NCBI GenBank assembly: GCA_964016885.1
Contig: OZ024740.1
Coordinates: 98,828,001 to 98,892,000, forward strand
Length of the DNA: 64,000 bases
Origin: Eledone cirrhosa
Taxonomy: Eukaryota
Direction: 5' to 3'
In this document: piece by piece, positions 1 through 13,014 of the stretch
How positions within the stretch are numbered: position 1 is the stretch's first letter
Layout: the number at the start of each line of letters is the position of its first letter
Program-made: the position numbers and the translations under genes
The notes under the pieces: model-generated
Told to the model about the DNA's origin: nothing
Seen by the model: the letters and a program-made list of their open reading frames with translations, nothing else
The model's database searches: none

Positions 1-1529
1 AGAGTCATTTGTGTATTGGATGAAATACCTTGTGATATTTGTTCTGAGATCAAATCCAGCAAAGTTCACATTTATTTCACATCCTCTCCATTTATATATG
101 AATGTATCTATTTGGCTATATGTATTTATACATATGTACCCTACATATATATATATGTATGCACATATATATATACATATACACACACATATATGTGTGT
201 GTGTGTAGTTAGATTATAGTTATATTGTTATGGGTAGATGCATTTACATTTAGATTTATTTTGAGTGTATCTACATGAAAAGCCCACATCAATGTGAGTA
301 ATGTGTTAATGTGAAGAATTTGGGTGTATGAATGTGTGTGTGTGTGCGTTTGTGTACGTGTGCGTGTTTGTTTGTGTTGCTGATTATAACATAACAAAGA
401 GACAAATATATTTCTACATCTATAATAAAAATGGCTAAAAGTGATTTGCATTACAATCGATTTCATTGTTATAATTCCATATGGGAAAATGAAGTTTATG
501 AATGCCATATGTAATTTATGACAATATAACTCTATATAAACTAAATTAAACATAACTTTTACAATAAAAGCTATTTAGGGATTTGATATCCTTTGGGAAA
601 TTATGAAAAATATTGTGAATATAAATTGTGCCAACTATTGAGTATATTCAATGATCTAACGGTCAAATTCTTTTAATCACATGTATCTTAAATAGAAGCA
701 TTTCATCCCCACCCATCTTCTGCTGTGATTTGCTTAACTGAATGATATGTTACTTGTTTTTACTATCCTTGTGGTTAACAGTATCGTTGTTAATGTTGAT
801 GTAGTTTTATTGTTTGTATTGTTTCGCTTTTATATATTTTTTTGTTTTGTTTTGTCATTTGTTATTTTATTTCAATTGTATTTTTAAATCTGAAATCTAA
901 ATCCTGTACATTATGAGAGAGAACAAAAGCAGAAACAGAGATTGAATACTTAAACGAAATGTGAGAAAGTTCTAAATAAATTTTAAACATTGATAATTAT
1001 GATTCAAAATCAAATTATGATGTATTATTCTATTTTCTTCTTGTTAATATTCATCAAGTTTGGTCAGTGCTAATAGATTATTAATATTCTATAGTTACAA
1101 ATTAACATGAACTTTCTTCCATGTTCCTTACTTAATAATAAATGCTTGTTTTATGGCTTTATGTAATAAATACACTAAACATGAAGGACTCATATGCTGT
1201 GAATAGATTCAATATAATATTCATTATTAATATTGACTGTTTTCCTCAAACTTTTGCTGACATTACAAGCTTTTCAAAACAATAATAATGTGGTGATATG
1301 TTTGCTTATATATAGATTTAATTAAGACTAATTAAAAAGTAGGTAGATGTAAACAACTCTAATATGTAAATAAGGGAGTGGAGGAATGTTAATGTGCAGA
1401 TTAGGCTAACGACAAGATGTAAAAGAAACGATAAAAAAAAGTGGAAATGAATTGGGTGCAGGATGTATTTGCAACGTGTTAATGTAGTTATATGGGAAAT
1501 ATATAAAAACGTGTATTTGTTTCTACTTT

Positions 1530-1690
1530 TGTCATGAGGTCAGCCATTTGAAAGGAGGGGAAAGTCACCTATATTGACTCCAGTGCATTACTGATACTTT
1601 AATTTGTCGACCCTGTAAGGCTGAAAGGCAAAGATATCCTCAGCAGAATTTGAACTCAGAAATTAGAGGGCCATTACAACATGTTGCATG
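1530..1690 (-). mobile_element. tRNA-derived SINE with Meta-like central domain (degenerate)
   Basis: Reverse complement contains B-box-like TCTGAGTTCAAATTC followed by TTTGCCTTTCA...GGGTCGAC..AAAGTATCAG, matching the other copies in this window. Confidence 0.7.
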
Positions 1691-1880
1691 GAAATCATCC
1701 ACACTTCCTTGTTTCTTGTTTTACACTGCATTTCGTTTTTACACAATCTCCAGCATTAAGAGACTGCTTCCAATTAAAGGAATCTTTATTATTTTTATAA
1801 CGGCCTTGCCTGTTTTCGCGCGTTCACCAAACTCCACAGTTGTGCCTAGCTCCATGCCTTTCCCTCCTTTTTCACTGGCA

Positions 1881-2650
1881 CGCAGCTGGATAATGATAGC
1901 CTGGGCATTGGTGTTACCTTGAGGCTTGGACTCCGGATCTGTGAGCCACACAGATGTCGCTGTGGATCCACCGTGGACTTATTCGGCCTCCACCCACTCT
2001 CCTGTTGCCACAGTGCCGGCCGCCTTCCATGCCATGCTGCCCTCAATGAGGTCATAAAACATGGCTTAGACGCTGCAGGCTTCCCCTCCCAGCTTGAGAC
2101 GGTGGGGCTAGATCTAGGGGACAGCAAAAGCCAGACGGTATGACCATCTTCCCGTTCCGCAGTAGCAAAACCCTCGTCTGGGATGCCACTTGCTGCGACA
2201 CTTTCTCCAGCTACAGCCTGGTGCAGTCTGCGACTAATCCATGAACTGCTGCACGTCAGGTCGAGGGGGCCAAACTCTCCAAGAACCGGTCAGTCTCCGA
2301 CAGGTTTGCGGTCATGCCCTTGGCAGTGGAGACTTCTGGTGTCCTTGGCCCTAGGGCTACCTCCCTATTCACTACCATAGGTACTGAGCTGGCCAGCCAC
2401 AGGTGTGAGCCTCGCGAGTTGGAATAGCTCTTCCAGCGCACCTCCCTTACCATCGTCTGGGGAAATGCCATCTCCATTCTGTCTGCCAGGGATGTGGGGA
2501 CGCCACCATGTGGGACCCCATTTGCTCACCATATGGATTAAGACATGTAACCTCGCCTTTTCTGTTATTTACTCTTTTACGGTATATAGATCTCTTTGGT
2601 ATTTCTAGTGTTAAATAGTGGAGCATCAAATATATGAAAAAAAGAAAAAG
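1881..2650 (+). mobile_element. CRE-clade non-LTR retrotransposon, 3' fragment (CCHC finger + restriction-like endonuclease), pseudogenised
   Basis: Across frameshifts and stops the translation reads LRLGLRICEPHRCRCGSTVDLFGLHPLSC...HAALNEVI...PDGMTIFPF...LVWDATCCDT...PLAVETSGVLG...LFQRTSLTIVWGNA. This is the typical CRE C-terminus. A-rich end near 2640. Confidence 0.8.
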
Positions 2651-2885
2651 AGAGAGACAATATGATAAAAGATTGCTTTTATTATTTTCATTATTAAGGT
2701 GGCCAATTGAAAAAATCCATAGATCGGTGGACGTAATGAGTTCATATCTAACTGAAATCATATTTGCTCTTCATCTTTCTGAGCTAAATAAAATAAAGTA
2801 TAGTTGAATACTGGGGTTAATATGGTTGAATTTTCCTCTCCCTCCTAATTACTGGTATATGTGCCTAAACTAAAAAAACCTATCA

Positions 2886-2891
2886 TTATCA

Positions 2892-2936
<45 letters not shown>
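2886..2936. repeat. (ATT)n microsatellite
   Basis: Direct reading. Confidence 0.95.
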
Positions 2937-2937
<1 letters not shown>

Positions 2938-3416
2938 ATTCATATAAATTATAAAAGTATCATTATGATAGTATAATCACACTTTTTTTCTCAGATAAAG
3001 TAGCATTTCCAACAGTTTTGTATAAAATTCAATTTTATTGATCAGTTTATCAAATGTTTCATATGTTGAAAATGCTCTTGGGTAATAATTCATGGAGAAG
3101 AGTTAAATTAGAGTTAACATAGTTAATACAAAGAACATTAAATATGGTAACTAGAAATAGCTATATAATAAGGAAAAAATAATGTTAGTCAATGACTCAT
3201 ACTATCTTCATTTTTTTTTTGCTATTTTAATACTCCCTCGATATATACAATAACACTAACTTTATTACTTTTAATGTGCATGACATATGAGTATGTTTGT
3301 ATATCTCTATGTATGGATAGGTACATTGGTGTATGGATATATATTTATCCATAATTCACCCTTTCTTTCTCTGTGTGTTTCTCTCTCTATATATATATAT
3401 ATCATATATGTCATAC

Positions 3417-6072
3417 ATAGCTTAGTTGTCAGTGACCTCACAGTCAGAACTAGACAAACCTGGAAACAGAGGCCAACCTGGAGAAGAAAGATCTCGAAGC
3501 TGAAAGACCCCTCAGCCAGTAACAGATTTACAGATATTTTACTCAACGCCTACGACAGTAAAGAAGAATAGATACAGACATTCAATGTAGAAGAGCACTG
3601 GGAGTTCCTAAAAAATAACTTACTAGAGGCGACAGATGAGGTCTGTGGCTGGAGTAAGACCACAAGCAGGAGGAGAGTGACCTGGTGGTGGAACAATAAG
3701 GTAGATGAGGCAGTTAAGGCCAAGAGACAGGCATGGAAAGAATGGAAGAACGGGGGGAGCCGGGTACATTACATAGAGACCAAGAGGGAAGCTAGGCAAC
3801 ACGTATACTTAGCTAGTAGGGAAGCAGAGGATAGAAAATTCAAGCATGTTTTGCAATGTGAGGACCAGAAACAGGAGGTGTTCAAGATTGTGAGGCATTG
3901 TGTCAGAGAGAATTGTGATGTCATTGGACAGAAGTGTATCCGGAATGATAAAGGTGAGCTTACCCTCACAAGTGCTGAGAAGAAAGATGCATGGAAGAAT
4001 CATTATGATAGATTACTAAATGAGGAGAATGCATGGGAAGAAGAGACCCTACCCCAAGTAGACCCTATAGAGGGGCCAGCAGTACAAGTCAGCAGCAGTG
4101 TAGTAAGTAAGGCAATCAAAGATATGAAGATGGGGAAGGCAACTGGTCCATCGGGTATAGCTGCCGAGATGCTGAAGGCATCTGGGTCTGTAGATCAAAC
4201 TATAACCACACATATTGTTAACCAGGTAATACTATAAAGTGTCATACCAAAAGATTGGTGCAGTAGCATCATTGTCAACTGCTACAAAGGTAAAGGTGAT
4301 GCACTCGATAGAGGAAACTATAGAGGTATAAAGCTGATGGACCAGGTCATGAAAGTAACAGAAAGAGTTATAGCACAGTTGATTAGGGACCGGGTGAAAC
4401 TAGATGAGATGCAATTTGGGTTTGTACCAGGAAGAGGCACCACTGATGCCCTCTTCCTTGTGAGGCAGATACAGGAAAAGTACCTAGCGAAAAGTAAGCC
4501 ACTCTACCTGGCATTCGTCGATCTCGAGAAAGCATATGACAGAGTTCCACATGCTGTAATCTGGTGGGCTCTTAGAAAACTAGGTGTAGATGAATGGTTT
4601 GTGAAAGCTGTCCAAGCCATGTATAGGGGAGCAGTCAGCAAAGTTAGGATTAGCAATGAATATAGCGAGGAATTTAGCGTACAGGTTGGGGTCCACCAGG
4701 GCTCTGTTCTTAGCCCTCTCCTGTTCATCATAGTCCTGCAGGCAATAACAGAGGAGTTTAAGACCAGATGCCCATGGGAACTCCTGTATGCAGATGACCT
4801 TGCACTTATAGCTGAATCTATGGTAGAACTAGAGAAGAAATTCCAAACTTGGAAGCAGGGACTGGAAAGATAGGGTCTCAAAGTCAACATGACAAAGACT
4901 AAGGTCCTTGTAAGTAGACGAGAAAACAGAACCCAGATACCCTCAGGGAAATGGCCTTGCTCAGTATGTAGGAAAGGTGTAGGTAGGAACTCCATTCTCT
5001 GCCCCAAATGCAAACAATGGGTACACAAGTGATGTTGCGGGATCTCAGGGAGCTTAATTAAGAATGTAGGCTTCACATGCAGCAGCTGTACTGGGACAGC
5101 AAGCAACAAACAGCCACAGGAAACAAGTACCACCAATCTCTGGGAGGGCTCTGTAGAGACAGTAGACAGCTTCTGCTACCTAGGTGACCGAATTAGCAGT
5201 GGAGGTGGGTGTTCAGAAAGTACAATAACTAGGGTAAGAATGGGATGGAAGAAGTTCAGGGAACTACTACCACTGCTAGCTGCAAAAGGCTTCTCCCTCA
5301 AACTGAAAGGCAGACTGTATGATGCGTGTATACGAACAGCAATGTTACATGGTAGTGAGACCTGTGCTCTGAAGGTGGAAGACTTATGTATCTTAGAGAG
5401 AAACGAAGCCTGCATGCCACGATGGATGTTTAATAGTAATATACGCGAACGACAAAGCATAAATGAATTGAGAGAGCGACTGAGCATAAGAGGAATCAAA
5501 TGATGTGTGCAGGAGAGGCGGATGCGTTGGTATGGACATGTGATGCGTATGAAGGATGACAGCTGCATAAAAAGGTGCAGAGCACTAGAAGTTGATGGAA
5601 ACCGTGGAGTGGGGAGACCCAAGATGACCTCGGATGAGGTGATAAAAGCCGACCTTACCCAATTACACCTCTCAAAGGTGATGACACATGACTATGACCT
5701 CTGGCGTCACTCAGTAATACAGAAGACCTGACTTCCCACAGGTACAAGCCGAAGCCAAAGCATATAGACAATATGCCCCCCCCCCCCCCCCTTCCCCAAT
5801 GCAAAGTGGTTGTGGAGGTCCCATGGCAAAAAAGTACCCAACCCACACTGTAAAGTGGACGTGTAGGCGCCACGGAAAAATAGAACCCAGCACTCACTGT
5901 AAATGAGGTTGGAGTTAGGAAGGGCATCCAGCTGTAGAAATCAAGCCAAATCAGTTACTGCATGAGCAAGGCATGGTCAGCCGACCAGACACTGCCCACA
6001 ACAGGACAACCCGTCTAACCCATGCTAGCATGGAGGAATGGACGTAAAACGGTGATGATGATGATGTTGATG
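3417..6072 (+). mobile_element. RTE-clade LINE, family A, 5'-truncated, with stops; RT with internal PHD finger; 3' UTR ends in (GAT)n
   Basis: ORF pieces 3677-5731 give [66 protein letters not shown]. Tail ...GGACGTAAAACGGTGATGATG. Confidence 0.95.
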
Positions 6073-6530
6073 TTACATATATCATATAAAAAGGGCACAA
6101 TGTACACTGTAAAGTGGTTGTTTCAGTGTTGCAACAACAGCATCCACTCCACAGTATAAAGTCATCATTTTGGTACTACAATAAAAAGTACCCAGTGCAC
6201 ACTGTAAATATAGTTGGCATTAGGAAGTGGTCGCAGCTGTAAAAACCAACCCAGAAATGGTTCCATGTGCGCAAGACTTTTCTCACAATGAGACAACCAT
6301 TCTATCCGATGTTAGTGTGGAAAATAGACAGTAAACTGTGATGACAATAATGATGATTATGATCATATATATGTGTGTGTATATATATATATTTATATAT
6401 AGCCCACAATTTAAACTGCTACCACCTCTGTTGGTCAACACAAACAGAGAACAAAAGAAAACTACAGATAAAAATATGTATGTAAAACTTAAAATTTTTT
6501 TCTCCATTTTATTATTATTATTCGTGGATT

Positions 6531-6752
6531 GTAGGGTGGTGGATTGGCAGTATCATTAGAGGGTTGGACACCATGTTTTTCAGCATAGAGTTACGGCCCT
6601 TTATGATCTGAGTTCAAATCCCACCATGGTTAACTTTGCCTTTCATCCTTAAATGGTCGATAAAATAAAGTACCAGTCATGCACTGGGGTCGATTTAATC
6701 GACTTTCCCCTTCTCCAAATTTGTTGACCTTGTACCTATATAAGAAGCCATT
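6531..6752 (+). mobile_element. tRNA-derived Meta-domain SINE
   Basis: A-box-like TGGCAGTATCATTAG, B-box-like GAGTTCAAATCC, then ACTTTGCCTTTCATCCTT...GGTCGATAAAATAAAGTACCAG and an AT-rich tail. Confidence 0.8.
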
Positions 6753-9700
6753 ATTCATATAAATATGCAAGTTAACGGCACTATACACTTATGTCGTTGA
6801 AAAATCATATAAAGCTGAATTATACAATTAAATGCAGAAATCCCTACTTTGAAAATAAATGTTTTGATGTTATACTGAAAAAGTCCCATTTTCTACTGTA
6901 TTTTTTTCCTTTTTACTATTTGCTTATATATATATATATATAAAACTACACTAGTCTGTTCTTATTTAGAGTTAATTTCCTAGATGGAAGACTGCATCTT
7001 GCACAAATACTAAAGAGGCTCACTTGCCCTCAGCCAGATTATTGAGGCCTCTCAACTCTATTTAGTCTCATTCTTTCCAGGAACATCAAACTTAGAAAAT
7101 CAATAGATGAAGAGTGAAAAAGGAGAACATGATACTGAGTAGAGAGCATGATAGTAAAGAGTAATTTGTTACAAGCTGGTTGTTAGTGGTTAGTAGGAGG
7201 TTGATTAGACAATAACATGAGCAACATGAAGAGATAGAAATAAAAGTGAGGCTTAATAAGGAAACGTGAGTGATGGTTAGCAACTGAGATGGGAGATGAT
7301 GAAAGCGATAGACTCAAATAGAGCAATGAGACTGAAGGGTAGTGGTACAGAGATAATTATTTGGGTTTTCAGATTTTACATATTTCTTAGTCTTGTGAGA
7401 TTACTACAACTTATAACAATAAAGAAATGTTACCTACCTTACTAAGAGCTAACCTATTTTGCATATGAATATTAGTTTGACTGCTGCGTGTGGTATGAAT
7501 TTTCAGAAGATATCTCAAATCCTTAGTAAATTAGGATAAGTAGCAGAGATGATTGTGGTTCTTCATTTGATATCATCCTCAAATCTTGAGAATATAAATC
7601 AGATTTGTTGTAAATTTTCTTTTAATTGTTAGCCTAGCCAACATTCGAACCGATGCTGACATGGAAGAGCAGATGTAAAATAATGAAGATATCCAGATTT
7701 AATGTGGAAAGCAGACTAATGCATATGTTTAAAAAATCTAAACATATGATTTCTATAAAAACAAGAGAATCCAGTAAAGGAGCTGCTATATTGTTAATTG
7801 AAAACAAACACCACTCTGATCAAAGAAAACATGTTTGAAGGACTAATTGGTTTCTTTAGTATATGGTGGAATACACTTGACATAAAAAAAGCAAATTCTT
7901 CACAATTGGATTGCGTTTGATTATTTGTCAGACCATTGGGTGATGTAGTGATAAGCAATACCAAGAAAAACAACTCTGTGAATGAAATATATCACTTTGT
8001 ATTGTGTTTCATCATCATCCTCATCATCATCATTCTTTATGTCCACTTTCCATGCTGGCATGTGTTAGAGAGGGTGTCACATAATGAAGATAGACTGGTC
8101 AAGTGGAAATGTCTTGCTCATATGTTCCATATTTGGCATGGGTTTTAGAGCTGGATGTCCTTCCTAACATCAACTACCTAATAGTGTGTCCGGCTCCATG
8201 TTTGTGGCAGAAGCACAAACATTTTACAGAGTGAAATTCGTGTGCCCAGCATTTCGACTTTACAGAATGAATTGATAAAAAGAAAATTTCTCAAAACTAG
8301 CACCATTATATTAATTATTTTGTCCACTTGCAAGGTACAGACAATTTCTACATAGCCATAGAACATCCACTCGCGTTGTAGAACAGTGGGAATGTATCTG
8401 GAAAGTTAAAAGTTTTTCATTATTGTTAATGAAGTCTATAAGAAGAAAATTTCACCTGTGCAAATTTTACAAAATGAAATTTTGCAAAATGTGTGTGATT
8501 ACTAATTTTAAAAGGTGTTTATAGGTGATATAAGTTGTTAGCAATACTGTGGGGCACTATATATGTAAAGGCAGTCAATTTCAGAGAGTTGTTAGAGTGT
8601 TGGATATTCATTCGGCCTCTCTGTACTGAATTCAAATCTTACTGAGGTCCATTTTGTTTTCTATTTTTTTTTTTAGTTAATAAAGAAGGTACCGACACAG
8701 TGATGGTGTATCTTCTCCCCTTCCATCTATCATATACTTAATGTTCTGCTTGATCAAAGGATGTAGAAATGAGTGGGTGCTTGCTCGTGACAATATCAGT
8801 ATCGTAAAACCATTAGTGAAAGCATAGTATATATTACCAAGTTATACTCAATTGTGTTTGATGGCTGTAATATGTTATATATATAATGTCATGAGTTGAA
8901 AAACTTTGATCAATTGAAATTCTCCAACCAATTATGAAAAAATACACCCTCCCATGAGATCAAAATGTAAAATCAACAAGCAATAGAGATGACTTGAATA
9001 AAATCAGTTGATTGTAATTTTTTGACAATAGAGACATGTAGTTTGGTATGGTTGGAATTTGATAAATTTGATTTTCCCTTGGTAATTTTGGATGCTTAAA
9101 TATTTGAAGTAGCTATCATTTTGTGATTTGTAACTAGCTGAGTCAATAAGGTAGGCATTGCTGTGTAGTTAAGAAGATCACTTTGTAATCACATGATTCC
9201 AGGGAGTAACGTCTATCATAGTCTCATGTCAATCAAAGTCTGTATTAGTGCTTGAATGATAATTATCATTCAAGCACTAATACAGGTTAAATCTAAGATT
9301 ATAATCTTAGATTTAACATGTCACCTATTTACCACCACTGCAAAGTATTTCTGTACTAAATTATATTTTTGTTGTTGTTATTTGGGGTATTGTTACAGGT
9401 CACATCTGTATAGGTTTAGCTGGTCTCATAAGATGTTGCATCTCACAAGTTTCTTGTGTGCTTTAATGCTAGGATCCTATCATGTCATCATTTTTCAGTG
9501 ATTGCAGGAGGGATTTGAACTCAGAAAACACAGTAGCAGGGACGATAACTCAAAGTTGAATGCATTAAGAAATCTGCCAATTCACTGCATTAGGCTGATA
9601 TATTAATTATTGGCACCAAATAATGTTAAGCAATGTTAACTTCAGCAGATTTTGAACTCAGAGTGCCAGAATAGATACCAAAAGTAATGCAATATGATGT

Positions 9701-11189
9701 TCTTATGGGTGAGAGATTCTGTCAAATATATATTCTGTTGGTAGCATTGTGACCAAATCTCTGGTTTGAGTTTAACCCTATATCTTGATGCATAGCAGCA
9801 CCTAGTTTTTGTTTGGCTAAACTATATAAAAAAACAACTACAGAAAAACTGATGAATATTTCATATCCCTTTCTGTTACCATACTGTATGCACAACCAAA
9901 GCATTTAACACAAAATGTCCTAGTTCAGCTAACCAAAACATATGTACTACTTAAAGGTATAAATGGTTTCACCAGCATTATCATCATCACAATCATCAGG
10001 TTCTGAAGCTAGACGAGTCAACTGACTACATTTTGATCATATGTTTCATATTTGGTATGTTTTCTACAACTGGATTGTGTTCCTATCGCTAACCCCCTTA
10101 CAAGGGGTATTGGATGTTTTTCTTTCGTTCTAGTTGTTACTAGTTGGGTGGGAGCTGAACAGACAATATGTAGCATGGAGAGATTTACAGGGTTTCATGA
10201 TGCCAACACTAAAGAGCTGTTGCATACTCTTCCAGATTGAAGTGTCCTCTCAGACACTATATTATACCTGTTTGATCACCAAAGCCTTTACTGTCTTACC
10301 CTAGTTACTTTGAGTGTTGTAGTGCTTGTGCAGGAAAGTGGGCATTTTATACAATGGCATAATGCCAATACACTTGGTTCTGTATCATCTCTTAAATGAG
10401 TTGCAGGTTTTTTTAGTTAGCACCAGATAAGTAAGGATTTCCTTAATTTTATAAGCTTATTCCAAGTTAATTTCATTAGATTTTAAGGCTAAGTTTAAGA
10501 CCTCCTTTGAGTATAACTTAAAAAAATTCGGTTTCAACTAGACTAACTTATTCTAGATGCATTGTGGACAAAATTATTTCCAGTTCTTTTCCTTGAACCA
10601 AAGAGATTATAGGATTTCAACTGCAGTGTAGTCATACATCAACCAACTTTAAACCATATGTAGAAGCTATTTTGTGTCAGGGTCACTTTTGACAATGATG
10701 GACACAAAAATGATCATTGCATATGTTTAATCAAGAACAGCCTGCTAATGATAATAATGTGTAAGTGGCTGCATATATACCTTTAATGTAATTCTCAGGG
10801 ATATTTAGTACAATCTGAGACAATGGTATATAGCAGTTTCTCAAATTGCCATGCAGTGAGATCAAACTCGGAACCTTATGATTGTGAAGGTAAATGTTTA
10901 ACTATTCAGTCATCAATAAACACTTACACACACATACACCAGTGTTGTTACTCTGGAGTTCCACCTGCTTACTGGTATTGAAGAGCTCTGTTTGTACTAT
11001 AGCCAAACATAACTTCTATTTTATTGATCCCTTGCAGGATCATTACATATACACATGTGTGTGTGTATCCTGTGAGGGTGCAGGTGAAACTACAGAGTTA
11101 CAATGCTCTACTTCGATATTGACTACCTTTTCTCAAATCCATCAATAATGGATGGATATATATATGTGTATATATGTATATATATGATT

Positions 11190-12065
11190 AATATGAGCAA
11201 GTATTACACCAAGAAAAATATAAACGTAGTCAAGAAATGAGATTAGGAATTTATTTGCTTTAACATGGGTTTCTGTGTCTATTATAATTGTCTACATATG
11301 CTGACTAAAATATATATTGTTCAATTATATGCAATACTTAATTATTTATTACACTTCATCAGAAAGCTTGTAATTATGGAAGTGACTATTCACTGGGCTG
11401 TAGAAATCAGGAATGGGATTTTCTAAAAAGAAAATATAAATAAGTTAAAATGACAATAAAAATAGAATAAAATGCAGATAGTGTGATAGTAGAGAGAGTT
11501 AAGAGGAGAGGAATGGGGGTAAAGAGTTGCACATTATCAATCTGTGTGCTGTTATGTGGAACAATTATTCTTTGACCATTGGTATGGGGTAAGATTTTGA
11601 TGTTTGCCATAAATGGTCAAGAGAGTAGAGAAGGTATAAAGAGACATACAGAAAAGAAATTAAGAAATTGAGAATGTTTTGAAGATTACTAAATTATTTG
11701 GGTTGGTGTGAAAATTTCAAATGCCACAGGAAATGCACTAAATAGGATGTAGTATAATCTAGGTATTTGGGATCAAATCTTGCTCTAGTCTAGTTAATAT
11801 TTAGTGGAAATTTTAAGAACCTTGTGTTTGCAATCAAATACCCTATCATGCCGGGAATTGGAGCTAGTGATAGTCCTAGGAGGGTTAGACCATCGGTTAA
11901 CATAGTTTAAGTTTTCGTTTAATTTATGGAATGGTTCCTATAAGTCATATTTAAGGTCGAAAGTAACATCTAAATAGTTGATGCATTTAAGGTTATGGTC
12001 AGATGGTATTTTAAGGCCCATGCGTTGAAAGAAGGTTCAAAATGCTTTCCTCCTCCTTTACAACA
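11190..12065 (-). mobile_element. Degenerate, internally deleted Nematis-type Penelope-like element with 3' pseudo-LTR
   Basis: The minus strand at ~12050-11870 translates FFQRMGLKIPSDHNLKCINYLDVTFDL..EPFHKLNENLNYVNRWSNPPRTI, homologous to the RT thumb at 19972-20403. HHR downstream. 3' end abuts a (TA)-rich tract at ~11155-11190. Confidence 0.7.
11257..11367 (-). ncRNA. Type I hammerhead ribozyme motif with long stem II
   Basis: Minus strand: GCTTT-CTGATGA-A-GTGT...(long insert with internal pairing)...ACAC-A-GAAA-CCCATG-TT-AAAGC. Stem I GCTTT/AAAGC. Confidence 0.65.
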
Positions 12066-12074
12066 GGTGACTAT

Positions 12075-12495
12075 TGATATTCTTGCAATCGAAAGGTTGT
12101 GAGTTCAATTCTCAGACTGGGTGATGTGTATTTTCCTTGAGCAAGACACTTTATTTAACAGTGCTCCAGTTTATTCAGCTGTAGAAATGAGATGATAGGA
12201 CTAGGGTCCCTATCATTCTACTGCAAAGTGGTTGTGGAGGTGCCACTGCAAAAAAAAAAGCACCCAGCCCATACTGTAAAGTGGACGTGTAGGCACCATG
12301 GAAAAAAGCACCCAGCACTCACTGTAAATGAGGTTGGTGTTAGGAAGGGCATTCAGCTGTAGAAATCAAGCCAGAATCACTTCCCGTATGAGCAAGACAA
12401 GGTCAACCGACCTGACACTGCCCACAACAGGACAACCCGTCTAACCCATGCTAGCGTGGAAGAACGGACGTAAAACGGTGATGGTGATGATGATA
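12075..12495 (+). mobile_element. CORE-SINE with RTE family A 3' tail
   Basis: B-box GAGTTCAATTC, CORE-like CCTTGAGCAAGACACTT...CAGCTGTAGAAATGAG, then ~270 bp highly similar to 5800-6070, ending in (GAT)n. Confidence 0.85.
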
Positions 12496-12614
12496 TATAT
12501 ATGTGCATGTGTGCATGCAGAAAGTTCAGTAAATATGAAGAAAACTGGTGAGATAACCAAAGTCAGCAATAAGCACAAAGTGGAGATGTTACATAGGAGA
12601 TTTATTGCTCAATC

Positions 12615-12703
12615 CTGGTTACAAATGTTTCTCAAACAGCTGGCTCGTGATCTGGGATGGCACCCCCTGACCAGAATCCAAGACTACCTGATCCTCAGAC
12701 CAG
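12615..12703 (-). ncRNA. Type I hammerhead ribozyme motif
   Basis: Minus strand: CTGGT-CTGAGGA-TCAGGTAG...CTGTTTGA-GAAA-CATTTG-TA-ACCAG. Stems I and II pair, the core is intact and the cleavage triplet is GUA. Confidence 0.75.
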
Positions 12704-13014
12704 CATTATCAACATAAATCACATCAAATCTGTGGACGTACCAGCAAAGATACAAAAAAGCATATTGAATGACCAAACAAAAGCCTAGACTTGAACGGAT
12801 GTACTTATCCCGAGCATTAAAAGAAAAAACCGTTATAAACAAAAACATGTATGTACATGTACAATTTCTACAAGAGAGAGTGTGTGTGCATAGGAATTTA
12901 TGCACCTGAGTGTGTATGTGTGTGATCGTGTATACGTGAATATATTTTTTGTTTATTTATATCCGTTAATTTTGTTTTTTGGTTTTGTTTATAACGGTTT
13001 TTTCTTGTAATGCT

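Noticed and set aside
1-70. Possible host exon at the window start (DEIPCDICSEIKSSK)
   Set aside because: No clear splice sites or recognisable domain, and it runs into a microsatellite.
6531-6630. SINE heads as tRNA genes
   Set aside because: A/B boxes are present but there is no cloverleaf, and they are followed by SINE body sequence.
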